The position numbers and the translations under genes are program-made. Positions 1 to 12,956 of a DNA stretch of 64,000 nucleotides are shown piece by piece; position 1 is the stretch's first letter; each line of letters opens with the position of its first letter. This stretch comes from Podarcis melisellensis. Taxonomy: Eukaryota. The stretch lies in NCBI GenBank assembly GCA_964234715.1, contig OZ174279.1, one strand, 5' to 3'. Under the pieces are notes generated by a model. It was not told the DNA's origin. It ran no database searches and saw nothing but the letters and a program-made list of their open reading frames with translations.

Positions 1-330
1 TTATTTACAGACTGCTTTTCAGAACTAATTAAAACAGCTCAAAGGCAACATTAGAAGAAAAGACAGTGTTAAAAATCAAACAAAGCACTATGAATACAAA
101 TACACACCAGGATTAAAAGCCAGCGAAACACAGCAAGCATGCAGTAGAAACATAATAATGTCAATCGTAAATTCCCTTACATAATAATAATAAAAATTCA
201 AGTGCCCTCAGAGGAGATCGCCAGACTTCCCTGGAGAAAGAATTCCACAACTATAGTATCACTACAGAAAATCTCCTCCTGTTCCTAGTGCCCATCAGTC
301 AGAACTTTGCTAATGCTGGAACAGAGAACC
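1..330 (-). mobile_element. Very old L2-like 3' fragment
   Basis: ccctggagaaagaattccacaac...cactacagaaaa resembles 26622-26670. A-rich tail towards position 1. Confidence 0.4.
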
Positions 331-2511
331 AATCTACTTCTACATAACTCTGTCTCTAACACACAGTTTTAGACAGTAAGCTCCTCAGGCCAAAAGTTTT
401 TTTTTGTTTAATAATACTGCCTAGGTGTGATGTACATTAATAAGTGTGAAGTGCATTGATATTAGTAACTTAGTAACACAAGTATGAGGGACTTGGTAGT
501 ACACACCTTCATCAGTATCTTGGAGGAACTAAACAGCTAAGAGAGGAAGAACTCACCTGGCAACAGAAACTAAAAAAGTGGGAGAATGTTTTCTCACAAT
601 TGAAGCAATACATTGCTTAAGAAGTCAAGGACAATGCATTCAAGGTAACTTAAAAGACAATTTAATAGTCAGCCTAATATACAGCTATTAGAATCACCTA
701 AATATCACATAAATTACAAAAGAATTGGTATATAGCATAACAGATTTTTTTTTACTATAAAACACATACCTCTGCAGTCCAACAACAATCCTCCCAAAAT
801 ATCAGTTACAGTCAAACACCAAAAAAAGGACATTGCACAACACAATTTCAACTTTTTGAGCTAGAGAAAATGAGGCCAGATTACATTCATTCATTCACGT
901 ACATTTAAACTGTAAAATCCCCCCTCCCACCCCCACCAGTTAATCCAGCTCCAGGTGCAATTTCACATGCTTCCATATATTTTCCAGTACAGTTCTCAGA
1001 ATATTAAAGTGCTTATGTGCACTCTGGTATCATTCATATGCAGATGTGCAATATTAATCATATTTGGACATTTTAGTTCAAAGTCAGTTCAGCCAGTTCA
1101 GATTTTTTTTCCAGTGCCAACATTTATACATGTTTCAAAAGCATATTTAGACAATGATTTAGACAATGTGTGTAAATGTTCGTTTGTTCCCCAAACCGCT
1201 GTTGCTTTCTCTTTCCCGTTGCTGGATTTCACGTAAAGATTAATCTCCAACAAACTCTAAATGTACAGGCGTCACTTCTCTAAATGGCAAACAAAAATTA
1301 ATTTTCTATACCTACATACAAAACTACTCAGAGTTGCTACCTAGGGAAGGTTAGTAGAAATATTCATAGTATGAAAGTTTTAATTTTTTAAAGTGTGCAT
1401 TAACTTCAGCTAACAAAACCACAATTAACAATTACAAATGTGCAGTATTTAGCTCCTGGATATATAATGTAATAATATTTCACAGCTGAATGAGTTCATC
1501 ACTCTATGCTCCAATTCAATGGTTTACCAGCATGAACAGTACATAGAAAACAGGCAAAACAAAACTGAATGTAAGGCTTTTGGATGGATACGGTCTGCAA
1601 AAAGATACACGTTGAGTGAATAAATTATTTTCTGCTGCCTTCTTCAGCATCTCCAACCTAAACTCTTATTCAAATTCCTTTCCACACAATATGCTACAGA
1701 AGGCTCTCTTCAAAAAGATTCACATATGGCCAGATTCAAGCACCCTAAGGACTGGTTCACAACCACACAGATGAGGTCGCCTCTTTTCAGGAATTGAAAT
1801 CCAATGCTTCTTTTGAGTACCGGCAAGGCACATGGATGCGTATGATTGTGTATTAAGCCCCCGGGGTTTTGTCATTGTTGAGTAAAGGCAGTATGTCCAC
1901 AGAAAGCAAAGTTTTGAGGTAGGGCCACTTGAGAAGGGATATGGGGTGGGTGAGCCAAAGCCACAGTTCCCACCCCTTCAGAATGCCCCGTTCCCAAGTC
2001 CTGTTGCTATAGATGCCTCCTCAACCTTTCTGGCTCATTTGGTAACATGCGAGCCAGACAACATAACTGGGAGAGGGGGGGCTTAAGTAATTCATTATGT
2101 GATTCACTCATAGGTTTTTAAGCATGGCTCACAATTCACTATTATTGTGGAACTAAACACAAAGCGTGGCAGTTTTCCGAATGAATTTGTTTTGGATCAA
2201 AAGAAGCTAACTATTGAAACCATACTCTCCAACATTAGTGGGACATAATCAATACAGTCATTCAACTCTCCCTTAAAGCATTCCATTACATCACAATAGA
2301 TGCTACGTGAGGTCATTTAAAAGGTACCAAACCTGAAGCAGAAGGCACTCAGCAGGGACGGTTATTGCAAATAGTGTAAACTATAAAAAAAATTAAAATA
2401 GCTAATATGAACAGGTCGAAAGGAGTGTTTTGCATCAGTTGCAGTCCTTTAAAAGGGCCATAATATAAAGGAATTTAGAAGGGTTTCGGCTCATGGTCTA
2501 TAGTGGTTGTG

Positions 2512-2518
<7 letters not shown>

Positions 2519-2562
<44 letters not shown>
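2519..2562. repeat. (CT)22 microsatellite
   Basis: Pure CT run. Confidence 0.95.
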
Positions 2563-2563
<1 letters not shown>

Positions 2564-5500
2564 GATTAGTATTTAATACTGAAATATGTTTCCCTCAAAA
2601 TCCGTGCAATATTTTGCACCCTTAGTGACAACCAGTCACATTCCTAAGTTACCCTTATTCAGTTCTGCTATGGCAGACTATGGCCACGGTGCTATGCATG
2701 CTTATTAAGAAATGCCACATAACGCAGAGGGACTTATTCCCAGGTAAGCATGCATAGGACCTACTTGTAACCTGCCAAATTGTTCATTCAATCCACAATT
2801 TAAGTGAAAATAGTCTCTTCCTAAAATTTAAGGATCTTTTATGGAATGGTATGTAATGTATGGGATACGCAAAAATAGTTCTCCTGTACAATAGAACAAA
2901 AATAATTTCAGTTTGAAAATACAGCCTCCATGTGAAAACACAATTATACACAATTTCATAGTTCTGTAAAACTAGTTAGTTAAAATATTTTAACATTTCA
3001 TAATACCATTATTTTAAATTTCATTTGAATATATGCACCAGGAACCACTAATATCCAAAAATACCAAGAATGAAAATGTTTTGCTATTAAAAAATTATAT
3101 AATTTAAATTCTTATCAGGTAAGATTGTACATAATTTCCCACAAAATACATTTAAAAGGAGTATTTTCACAAACACATCAGAAGCGATACTAAGAAGTGT
3201 CCTTGTGACAAGAGCCAATTTTTCAAAATCAATGTCATTTACAGAGACTGTAGCTGTGGAGTCATCTTCGTTAGTGTTTACATCAGTCATTCTTCCTTCC
3301 AAAGAGACACATTTAAATACTCCTTACGCTACACAAGGGCTCCAACTTCAAGCCCTGTAGGTGCTCTGATATATACACAAAGTTCTCATAATACACAGGT
3401 TTTCATATCCACTTCAATTAGAGGTGGGCATATGTTTTTTGCACATAAAATCAACTTGCCTCCTTCATTAGGTGAATAGGGAAGGCTCTGTGTGTACCAG
3501 GCATTCCTGTGTACATCCAAGTTCCAACATACACAATAAGCTACAGAATCAGGAAATCTATGAAATGAGAACTTTCACAATTACGTACCCAAGCTTATGC
3601 TATTAAAGCATCACTCTACAAGGCTTCCTATGAACAAGAAATGGAAATAATGAAATTAGTCCATAAACAATGGTGAGACTATGCTAACATAAAGGAAAGC
3701 ATACTATCCCATTCTGAGTTTTTATTCTCTTTTCTGTCCTCCCATGAAAGTCACATAAGTTCTGAATTTACCATTTCTGCAGTCTACATTTGAATGGGTT
3801 ACTTTTAGCTGTACCCAGTTTTTAATTTAAAGTACTCTTCCAACTGAATAAAAATAAGTATAATTCTATTACAATTGCAACTATAAAAACTGAAAATTAG
3901 ATAGGAGTGCTTTCTGTAAGCTGATCCTACAATGTTCTAGTTACATTAAATAGTGTAAGCAGCACAGCAATGAACAATTATAATACTAATATTACAGAGC
4001 ACACAGATTACTGCCCTACAGATGTGAAATGGTACAGGACAAGAAAGAATAAATACCTGCCTACATTAGACATACCCATATGTGTGTGTGTGAGTGTAAA
4101 GATTCTGTGTTAAACAGAAAACAGACACAGATAACATAAGCTACTATAAAATAAGCTAATTGTGACAAAGGTAGCTCGATAGGACAGAATAGTGTAACTT
4201 TTTCCAGAATATGCTTTAAATTACTTCACAGAACACTGAATTCTTCTAATCAATCTTAAAGATGGTAGTATCACCTTTGACATAGGCTTTTATTAATTAA
4301 GGCTCACTTTATAACCTATGTGAAAACTGTTTATCGATGTAGAATTGTTTTGGTAGGAAATAAAAAGTCCATGTATATTTACCACGTTGCTTCCAATTAA
4401 AATCAGTATTCTAGTGAACCTTAGAAAGTGAAAACACAAAACTCTGATAAATTCTTATGTCCAATTAGCCTACAAAACACCATACAATGAAACAGTATTA
4501 GCAGAACATTGAAATTAATCCTAAATTTGTAGCTTTCCTTCTAAAAAGTTCGGGGGAGGGTGATCAAATTCAGGAGAGAGTGTCTGTTTGCATAATTCCC
4601 TTACAGCACTGCTGTTAGGTGCTTCTAAGTGGGACCTGCTCAGTGACAGAAGCCTCTGGTTCTTGGTAGTTTTGAAGTCAAGCAAAGTGTTCTCCTTAAT
4701 GGCACAACTAGAAAATGGACATTTGGTTAAAAAGTATTTTCCAGCGACGTGAATTTCAGGAGGTGGTAGAGGATATTTTTTCCTATGCAAATTAAGTAAA
4801 CTTAATTTACATAGCATAATTTGTGCTAGAATTTTTTTTCTGATGGCTTATAAAAAGTGATCTAATTTACCTGTGTTTCATAAACAAAGCTAAAAATGTC
4901 AAAACTGCCAAGCTTGCCTCATACTGAATTTGCAGCTGGCATCTAGTTATTAATAAACTTACAAAAAGGGAAAAAAATTCCATGAAAAAAAATAAAGCAC
5001 TGAAAGATTTTCCAGAAAATTTTCTGATTTGTACAATTTTCCATCTTGTATCACTGGATTTGACTTGCAACCATTTCTATGGTAGACAGATTCTGAAACA
5101 TGCCCATGAGAATTGCTGTGGGGTGTCGTGCAATGTCACCCAGGGAGAAATTCATTGTAGAGCTATGCCAATCATTAATCAGCACAAGTACTCAAGCTTG
5201 CCAGACAAAACATTCACACTCTACCTCCTACTGCTTTGGGGGTCTCCTAACACTCTAGAGCCATTGGAGCTAAAGAAAGTCCTTGCACAGGCTTCCACTA
5301 CCAGGACACATTAGTTGAATGAGGTCCATACTCTCCTTTCTGCCTTTTTTATGTTTATGGAGATGCACATGCTGCCAGAAGGAAGCCCTCTTGTATCAGC
5401 CCAACGTTTGCACGATAAGGCCCATTTCAAATGTAACGCTAAGAGAGCAAGCAGACACAAGCCTCGGACTCACAAATTCTCCCTTCCTGTTTGAGCACAA

Positions 5501-6857
5501 GAAAGCATTTATAGCTACAGTTTATGGTTCGTTCCAAAATGCAGTTTCCCGTTATATTGTAATACAGGTAAACTGTGGCTTATTGAAACTACAACATTAA
5601 GCCGCAGTGCAATTCTGGTTCAACTGAACTAACTCAGCTTTAGAAGAAAAAAATTAAAAATCCTGTATTTGGAATTAACAGAAACTGTGGTTTGTTCCAA
5701 AATGTGGGTGTAAGCTTTAAACATCCTCTACTTGAGTCTCTGGCTTCCATCTGCTTGTATTTATCGATGTGTAGTATTATGTCTGATAAAGCAGTCCTTA
5801 TTCTCCCCAGAGGCAATTTAATAATTTTGAAGACCCTGGGCTTATAATGGCCATTTTTCACCATGGACTTATTTCTAGTGTTCATACATTCCTTGGATGA
5901 GAGGATTTCAAGAGGATGCAACTCAAGAGACTGGAGAGCTCTTTAAATACTCTCTCCAACTGCAACCTCTTAAAACTATCTTAACAACTGGTTGTGCAAT
6001 TTTACAAAACTGCCCACACAATGAATGGCCATAGTACTACCTTATTTTTATAACTGACTTTAGACATTGTAGACTCACTAGGATATATTATTTTGCTGTT
6101 TTTCTGCAATGTCCAAAGCAACTCCTAGTTGAATATCTAAATATAAAGCTTACAAACAAAATAGGGCACAAAATCTGACACAAATGTTTCAAAACAGCAT
6201 TTAACATCTTTACATGGCAAACAACTCCTATTTCATAAGTTTTGAAAAACTTTTCAATAGCACTCATAATAAATTACACTGTTCGAGTATACTTTTAAGT
6301 TTAGCCATGAAAAGAGGAACATACCTACCCAGTTTTAAGAACGAAGCAGTATGATCACCTCACACTAAAATGCTGGTTCATTTAGAATATAGATTTCTAA
6401 GTATTTATCCCTCAGAAATGCTCCAGTTCTAAAGATGTAGTAAACACCTAACGATAATATTCTATTCTCCTCCTAATAACCCGTTATTTAGAGATATGGC
6501 TCAGTGTTCTGGCTGCATGGATGGACTCTGATTAAGCTAAAAATATTTAAGGGTATGAGAAAGCTCTACCATTTTATCTGACACAAATCATCCCCCAATT
6601 TTAGCTAAGCTTCACAAGTTAAATGCAAGTTCCTACGATTACCAGTTAAATCTCATTAGCTTCTCTCTCACTAAACTGTAAGAAACTACAGAATAATTTT
6701 CCTGAGTAAGATTATAAAATACTTGATCATCCTACCAAAAGTACAAAGACAAGTAAAATGTAGAACAATACAAACCAACATATAACAGAATCACAAGTGC
6801 AGAAATGTTGTTGCTTTTCATTATAATTGGCCCCCAGTAGAAATCATAGCAAAAAGT

Positions 6858-7477
6858 TTAAGTATCTAAAATATTTTGAAGGACGGTAATTAAATTCTTC
6901 AGACCATGAATATAGCCCTCATCGTGTGTGTTGCTGGGGAACACATGCGCAAAATCTATCATCCTGACTTCAACCTCCATGCTTTCTGGCAGCGTAGTAG
7001 GCATGTGGCAGAAAACTTTTTCCAGCTGAGGTATAACATTTCCATTCAGATGTTCTTGTGAAAGGCAAGCACTGCTCTTCCATATGTTGTCTTGTTCCAC
7101 AGTTTCAACTTTAAGGGAAATTTGACTCTGGTGCCTTTTGTGAAGTGCATACATTTTAGAGAAGCCTTTGCCTACAGAGGTCTCTACCTTGCCATTCTCT
7201 GTAGAACTGATGACACGAATGTTATTATTATATTCCAATGTACCACCACTTGGCACTTGACCCTTGGACACTCTTCCCTTCTCGACCAGACTGCCATCAT
7301 TTAACCATGTAGTTGTCATCGGATACAAGCCATCATAGACAAATAGTAAAGAACTTGCATAAAAGTTAAGCTGCTTCTGCTTCTCAAACCACTGCAGTAT
7401 TTCTTTAATCTTTTGAATACTGGCAGCTACAGCATCTTTTCTCAGGCAGAATCCATTATGGAAAAACTGAGCCACAC
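6858..7477 (-). CDS. IPMK: IPMK coding exon 6 (terminal; inositol polyphosphate multikinase C-lobe)
   Basis: Acceptor ttcttgcag| at 7478-7479. Encodes (G)VAQFFHNG...FYASSLLFVYDG...EVRMIDFAHVFP...ILDT*, with the SLL and IDF motifs of IP kinases. TAA at 6858-6860. The six exons sum to 1266 nt = 421 aa plus stop. Confidence 0.97.
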
Positions 7478-8837
7478 CTGCAAGAAAGAAACCAGTAAAA
7501 TTAATAGCCACTGACTGGAAAGTTCAAACTGCAGTATAGCAATGGTGCCTAGCTTCCAAAAAGCAAAATTGACAACAAATTCTCAGCTATTCATATAACA
7601 GAATTCAGGTTTAAGTTGCTATTCACAGTCAGCGGATAATATGCCCCCCCAAAATTCAGACAAGTGCCCCAATTCAGATTTCCCATCATCAAAATATTAA
7701 TTGCAATGTTAAAGGTTTCAGAGCAAGTGTGTCCGATTTATTCTGGTGTTCTCTGGCTCAAGTCTCACTTCTTACATGCACTTAAGCAAGCCCTCATCTT
7801 TCAGTTTTATCCACCCAATGCACTATGGGAATACTATAGCATGATCACATCTTCCACACATTTTACTTGCGCAAATTCAATTATACACACTCAGCTCAGG
7901 CAGCAGTTTCCTTCTGGGTAACAGTTACAGCAGACGAGTGGGGGGAGACTTAAGACAGAAGGGAGGTGAGAGGCAGACAGAGGAAGAAGAAACCCACCTC
8001 TCTCAGCTGCATGGTGAGCAGGGAAGTGAGGATGAAAAAAATCCCCGCTGCAGAAGGGAAGAGAGAGGCCAACCCAGAGACATATAGGCAGAAGCAAAAA
8101 GCTGGAACAGTGTTGCAGCTTCTGCCTGCCTCTTTCCCTGTCTGCCTTTCTCCTCCCTTCTGCAGCTGAAGGAACCAGGTTTCTTCCTCCTCCATCTGTT
8201 TCTACTGCTTCCCCACTCGTCTTGCTGCCAAGGCAAGATTTCTTCTTCCCCTGGCAGTGGGGATGCAGGGAGCTCCTCCGTGAGATCCCCGCCCCCCTTC
8301 CAGCAGGCAGCTTTTGACTATGCACAATTCTGCATGCGTGTGCTGCTTAAGTGAGTTGTGATTGCACTGTACAAGTGACCTAGTTTCCAGGATTATTGTG
8401 AGAGTTTATGGGAATCATTTTAAACCCTCAAAACATACTATCAATGCTCAGAACTTATAACTAAAGAGCTGGGACTGCACTATAAAATATTCATGGGGTG
8501 CAATCCTATAGCAGGATCTCAAGTTAGAATGAGCAGGTTAGGATCCAGTGCATCTCCATGTGAGTTAGGAGGTTCCTGGTATAAGCAGGCTATGCTGCCT
8601 TAACTCCCTCATCTGAAGCTAAGTCAGAGATACACACGTTTCCCCCATCTGAGCTCTCCCACCTTTAACCCCAAGCCAGAATGATCCCACTTCCTTCCCT
8701 TCCCTGGCAATCCTGCATGCTAGAGGGTTTTATAATATTGCCCTATGAGACAAGCTACACGTAGGTTATAAGCACACAGTCTCGTAATAAAGGCCTAAAA
8801 TAGTAGTACTACAACCTGGTCTAAATCCAAACATTAC

Positions 8838-8919
8838 CATCTTTTACTGTCTCTTTCGTTAAGCCTCTTCCATAGTGCTGGTTTTGCGTCTCATAGCTGT
8901 CAGAATGGGCGCGATAAAC
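8838..8919 (-). CDS. IPMK: IPMK coding exon 5 (82 nt)
   Basis: ttttaag|GTTTATCGC...AAAGATG|gtaatg. Encodes VYRAHSDSYETQNQHYGRGLTKETVKD(G). Phases match exons 4 and 6. Confidence 0.96.
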
Positions 8920-11067
8920 CTTAAAACACACAAAATAGTAATGTAATTTTGCCATCTGATTTCTGAAAAAATGTCTTTGTCCTAGGACTATTTCCAATGT
9001 ACTCTTCAGCATACAAAAGAAGGTGGTTTTTCCCCACAAAATGCTTTATCCATACATCTCTGAAACTATTTCATGAGCTGGATCTATCTAGCAATCCAAA
9101 CTCAGCAAGTTCACATTGAAAACATCATAAACTTTGTATATTCAGATATAGCTTTTTCAATGGAATATTACATCAGTGAGATGTTATGTTATATACCTCT
9201 CTATACTTTACAGTCCAATAACAAGAAACCAGTGCAAATAAAGTTATGGGTGTTCACAATGTCTACTCGGATGCCCCAGAATCAACTGACCTATGTAGTC
9301 TTCGGATATAGGCCAGTGACAGAGGATAGCTTAGTATTCTACAGGGAATCTAAACTCAGACATATAAGTTTGTGATCAAACATCATTGCAAAACAAGTCA
9401 GTCTGGAAAACAATAAACATGCTGCATAAAAATAGAAATCAAATGAATATAAAAATATGTGTGCATATAACCACTAATAGCAGCACGTTTAGAAACAAAA
9501 AAATATATTATCTAGAATAAGATAACTAAACCAACATTTAAATTATATCTGTTAATGGGACAGCAAATGAACTGATACTTATTTTTCATTCTCAGTAACT
9601 ACACAAACAGAAGCAGTTGACAGTGCATCCAGCAAGGTCCACCAGAAACCCAGCCAAATGGGCAGGGTATAAATAATAAAATTATTATCATTATTATTAT
9701 TATACAGGCTTCAGACCATGGTGTTCCAATTAAAATCTCAGAGAGATGCATACAGACATTGGAAATACAGCTTATATATATTTTTGCAATCTATGTCTCT
9801 ATCCAAATCTGCCCATTTTCATTATATTAAAGGAGCAGATTTTTTTTGCTGACATATTTTATGCCAATCCAGAATGTACCTAGGACATTTATTCTGCTAC
9901 ACCAGATCTGAAAGTTAAGCACAAATACAGGGCTGCTTTAACAGGGAGTTTGGGAATGGTTGGAATCCAATTGACTGAAGTCAGCAAGATTGTGATAAAG
10001 GAATAATACACTTCTCCCACCAAATGTTAATGAACATGTGTTTGGCACTATAAGAAAGCAACTGGACAGCAAAATAATACTAAAGAACTTGAACATCACA
10101 TACAGTACAGAACATTAATAGCTCCCTAAACATCTATGAACACAGACCAAAAATGCCTGTCAAATTCAAGTGCCAAACAACATCATCCACCTTCAGTAAT
10201 ATACTGATAAAATATGTTAATAACTAGAGCCTCATTGAGGTCTCCATGGGGACCAAACAGAAAACATGTTGTTTCTTTTCTTCTACTTGGCTAGGGAAAT
10301 TACAATTGCCTGAAGGCTAATTTTTAAGGTTTTGAATGCGCTTCAGCATCAGAATTCAGTTTATACAGTTAAAAGCCAAATCTTTCACATTAAAAGTCAA
10401 TTAATGCTTCACTAACACAATGCTATGCAAGACTGTTGCAGTTTATCACCATGCTGCACCAAAGGCCTGAAGGGATAGCCAAGCTATCAACACAACATGT
10501 TAGCTCTCTGGAGGACTGCTGTGAACAGCTTAAATTTCTGAATGCAACCCATATGAAGTTATGAATATGAAGTTAACAAATCTAGCTATTTGCTGGTGTT
10601 ATTGAGTAGAACAATGAAATGGAACGTACGTATGGGGGGCAAGAGGTGGAACTACTGAGAATATAATATGATAAAGGAGGAAGGATAGAGCTGTATGAGA
10701 AAACCAGGGAGATAAAAAGAAATATATTATCAAAGTCCACATCTAGACTAAGTACAATCTTCTTTATCAAAAGAAAAAAGAAAATCTTGAAGATGCTGTT
10801 CAGATTATTGTACTCAAAGGAGAAATCAATAATAGGTCTTCCTTTGGATCGTCAACCCTACCCACTTCTTTTCTCATTATTATTATTATTAATGAGAAGT
10901 TAATGCAGATTGTCTCAATTCAGTCACCTACATCTCCCTACAATAAGGGAAGCAGGGAATACGTCATGACAGAAAACATTCAAACCCAAAGCATGCTGAC
11001 ATCTTTCCATGGGGAAAATATCATCTATATACACAAATTATCAAATGTGGTGACAGTGATAATAATA

Positions 11068-11806
11068 CAACAAAACACCACCACCACAAACCGGCTTATA
11101 AGGATAAAACCAAATTTACTAGAATAGCTAGAATAGAGATAGTCTTATAACCATTCAAACAACAAACATACTAAGGTGCCATGTGCAAGACAAAGCCTGG
11201 AGATACTGTAAACATGGAGTGGATAAATGTACAACTCTATCTTAACAAGTTACAGATACAGTAAACGTTATACAGACTGGATAAATGAACCGTTCAAAAA
11301 GTAGCCTAAGTCCAATCACGGAACGGTAACCCCGTGCCGCCACAACGGCAAGGGTAGCACACTGGAGAATATGAAAAAGTTTTTCAAAGCTGTTTTTCAA
11401 AGATTGAACTGGATGAGATGTTCTTCAATGGGTCTTGAGTTGGAAACACAAAGCCATGTACATGGATCAATCACGGGAAGGAAAATCAAAGCCACCACCC
11501 TGGTGAGAATAACACAAGTAGGCAAAAGGAGCTCGGGGTCGCATAACTAGTTAGCGTGCCAGAGTCTTGTTTGTTATCTGGCACTGGATGCTACCCTTGC
11601 CGTTGTGGTGGCACAGGGGTTGCTGTTCCGTGATTGGACTTACGCTACTTGCTGAACGGTTCATTTATCCAGTCCATATAACGTTTACTGTACATGTAAC
11701 TTGTTAAGATAGAGTTGTACTTATAAGTCTATCTCTATTCTAGCTATTATTCTAGTAAATTTGGTTTTATACTTATAAGCCAGTTTGTGGTGTTGTTGTT
11801 TTGTTG
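11068..11806. repeat. Long inverted-repeat (fold-back) element, unclassified
   Basis: The left arm (11068-11150 plus 11229-11359) is the reverse complement of 11589-11806, about 90% identical by eye. Spacer about 230 bp. Confidence 0.85.
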
Positions 11807-11893
11807 AAAATATCATCTAGACATAATTTTAGTTGCCCCCATGTTGTCAAGAGCATAAAAAGATTTAAAATCCAATGATGAACTGCATCTTAC

Positions 11894-12066
11894 CCTCATG
11901 CCTAGCACCAAGAACCCAATCTCTTCCATTAATGGGTACTTGCTGACTTGTTGCTTAATCTTCTCAGCGGAAGCATATGGATCATAGCTTTTCTGGCCTA
12001 TTTTTACATCCATTATACATGGCTTTTTAAATCTGTGTGTCACATCTTCCAGTTTCAGGTACAAAT
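11894..12066 (-). CDS. IPMK: IPMK coding exon 4 (173 nt)
   Basis: ttaacag|ATTTGTAC...ATGAGG|gtaaga. Encodes (D)LYLKLEDVTHRFKKPCIMDVKIGQKSYDP...LVLGMR, with the PxxxDxKxG inositol-kinase signature. Confidence 0.97.
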
Positions 12067-12859
12067 CTGTTAACAATTCAGAATAAACCAGATCAATGTC
12101 ATAATCTAACCAACCCAATCATTAGAGGTCAGTGGAAAGTACACAAGTACAGGAGTGACCCTAAGATGGCATCCTCCTGGTGGTGGTATATTACAACAAG
12201 CATTATATTAACCATCTAATTCCCAACAATGATTCCTTTTAGTCTGTGATTTTATTTCATTGTGTCTATTTTTATATCCCTTCTCACTATCAGACAGTGT
12301 TGTATAAGTTAATATAATAGTAGTGTTTTATAAATTATTTTTATTATGAAATCTGCTGTCCAGGTCAGCTTCAGCTTCCTGTGTAAGAACGTAAGTAATT
12401 ACAGTAACCATCCTTTGAATGAAGCAAATTGTAACTAACATTCTGAGAAAGTATAAAATGATAAAAGATAATAATAAGCCCTTTAGCATGCTTTAAATTG
12501 CCAACATTTATTCTTGGCAGTGGTCATCTTATTATCTTCCTGCAAGACTACTGTACCTTACTAGTAGTACCCCTGTTGCTGTTAGCAGTAGAAGGTGTAT
12601 TTTGACATACAAATTCTGCAATAGACCTAAATGTGCTAAACTGGATCTTACTGAAGAATCAATTGAGTTTGCAGAAAACAGCCCTTATTTACATGACATT
12701 TTTCCATCTACAAAGCATAGCAATATATTGTTTCATGATGTTCCACATGATAGTGATTTATCACACTGTGCTTGGGTACTTAGTTTCTGGCATTTTCAGA
12801 GCCATCTCCCAAGCGGTTGCCAAAAAATTAGTGCTTATTGCACTGTCTAACAGCATTAC

Positions 12860-12956
12860 CGTTGGGTGCAGTAGGTGATGACCAGGTTCCATAATATTTT
12901 GGCAAATATTTTTGGAGTTCTAGAAACACAGAGTCTTCACAGTCAGCAGCATACAC
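12860..12956 (-). CDS. IPMK: IPMK coding exon 3 (97 nt)
   Basis: ttttatttcag|GTGTATGCT...CCCAACG|gtaatg. Encodes VYAADCEDSVFLELQKYLPKYYGTWSSPTAPN(D). Not in the ORF track; found by manual translation. Confidence 0.95.

Noticed and set aside
661-6857. Extent of the IPMK 3' UTR and its poly(A) site
   Set aside because: Several minus-strand candidates (near 4289, 3721 and ATTAAA at 661) cannot be discriminated without transcript data.
7478-7511. MAINFTGFFLA start of ORF 6858..7511, and the flanks of ORF 11813..12118
   Set aside because: Intronic read-through beyond clear splice sites.
7891-8325. 144-aa ORF and overlapping ORFs in IPMK intron 5
   Set aside because: Purine/pyrimidine-skewed, repeat-like sequence with no domain or splice support.
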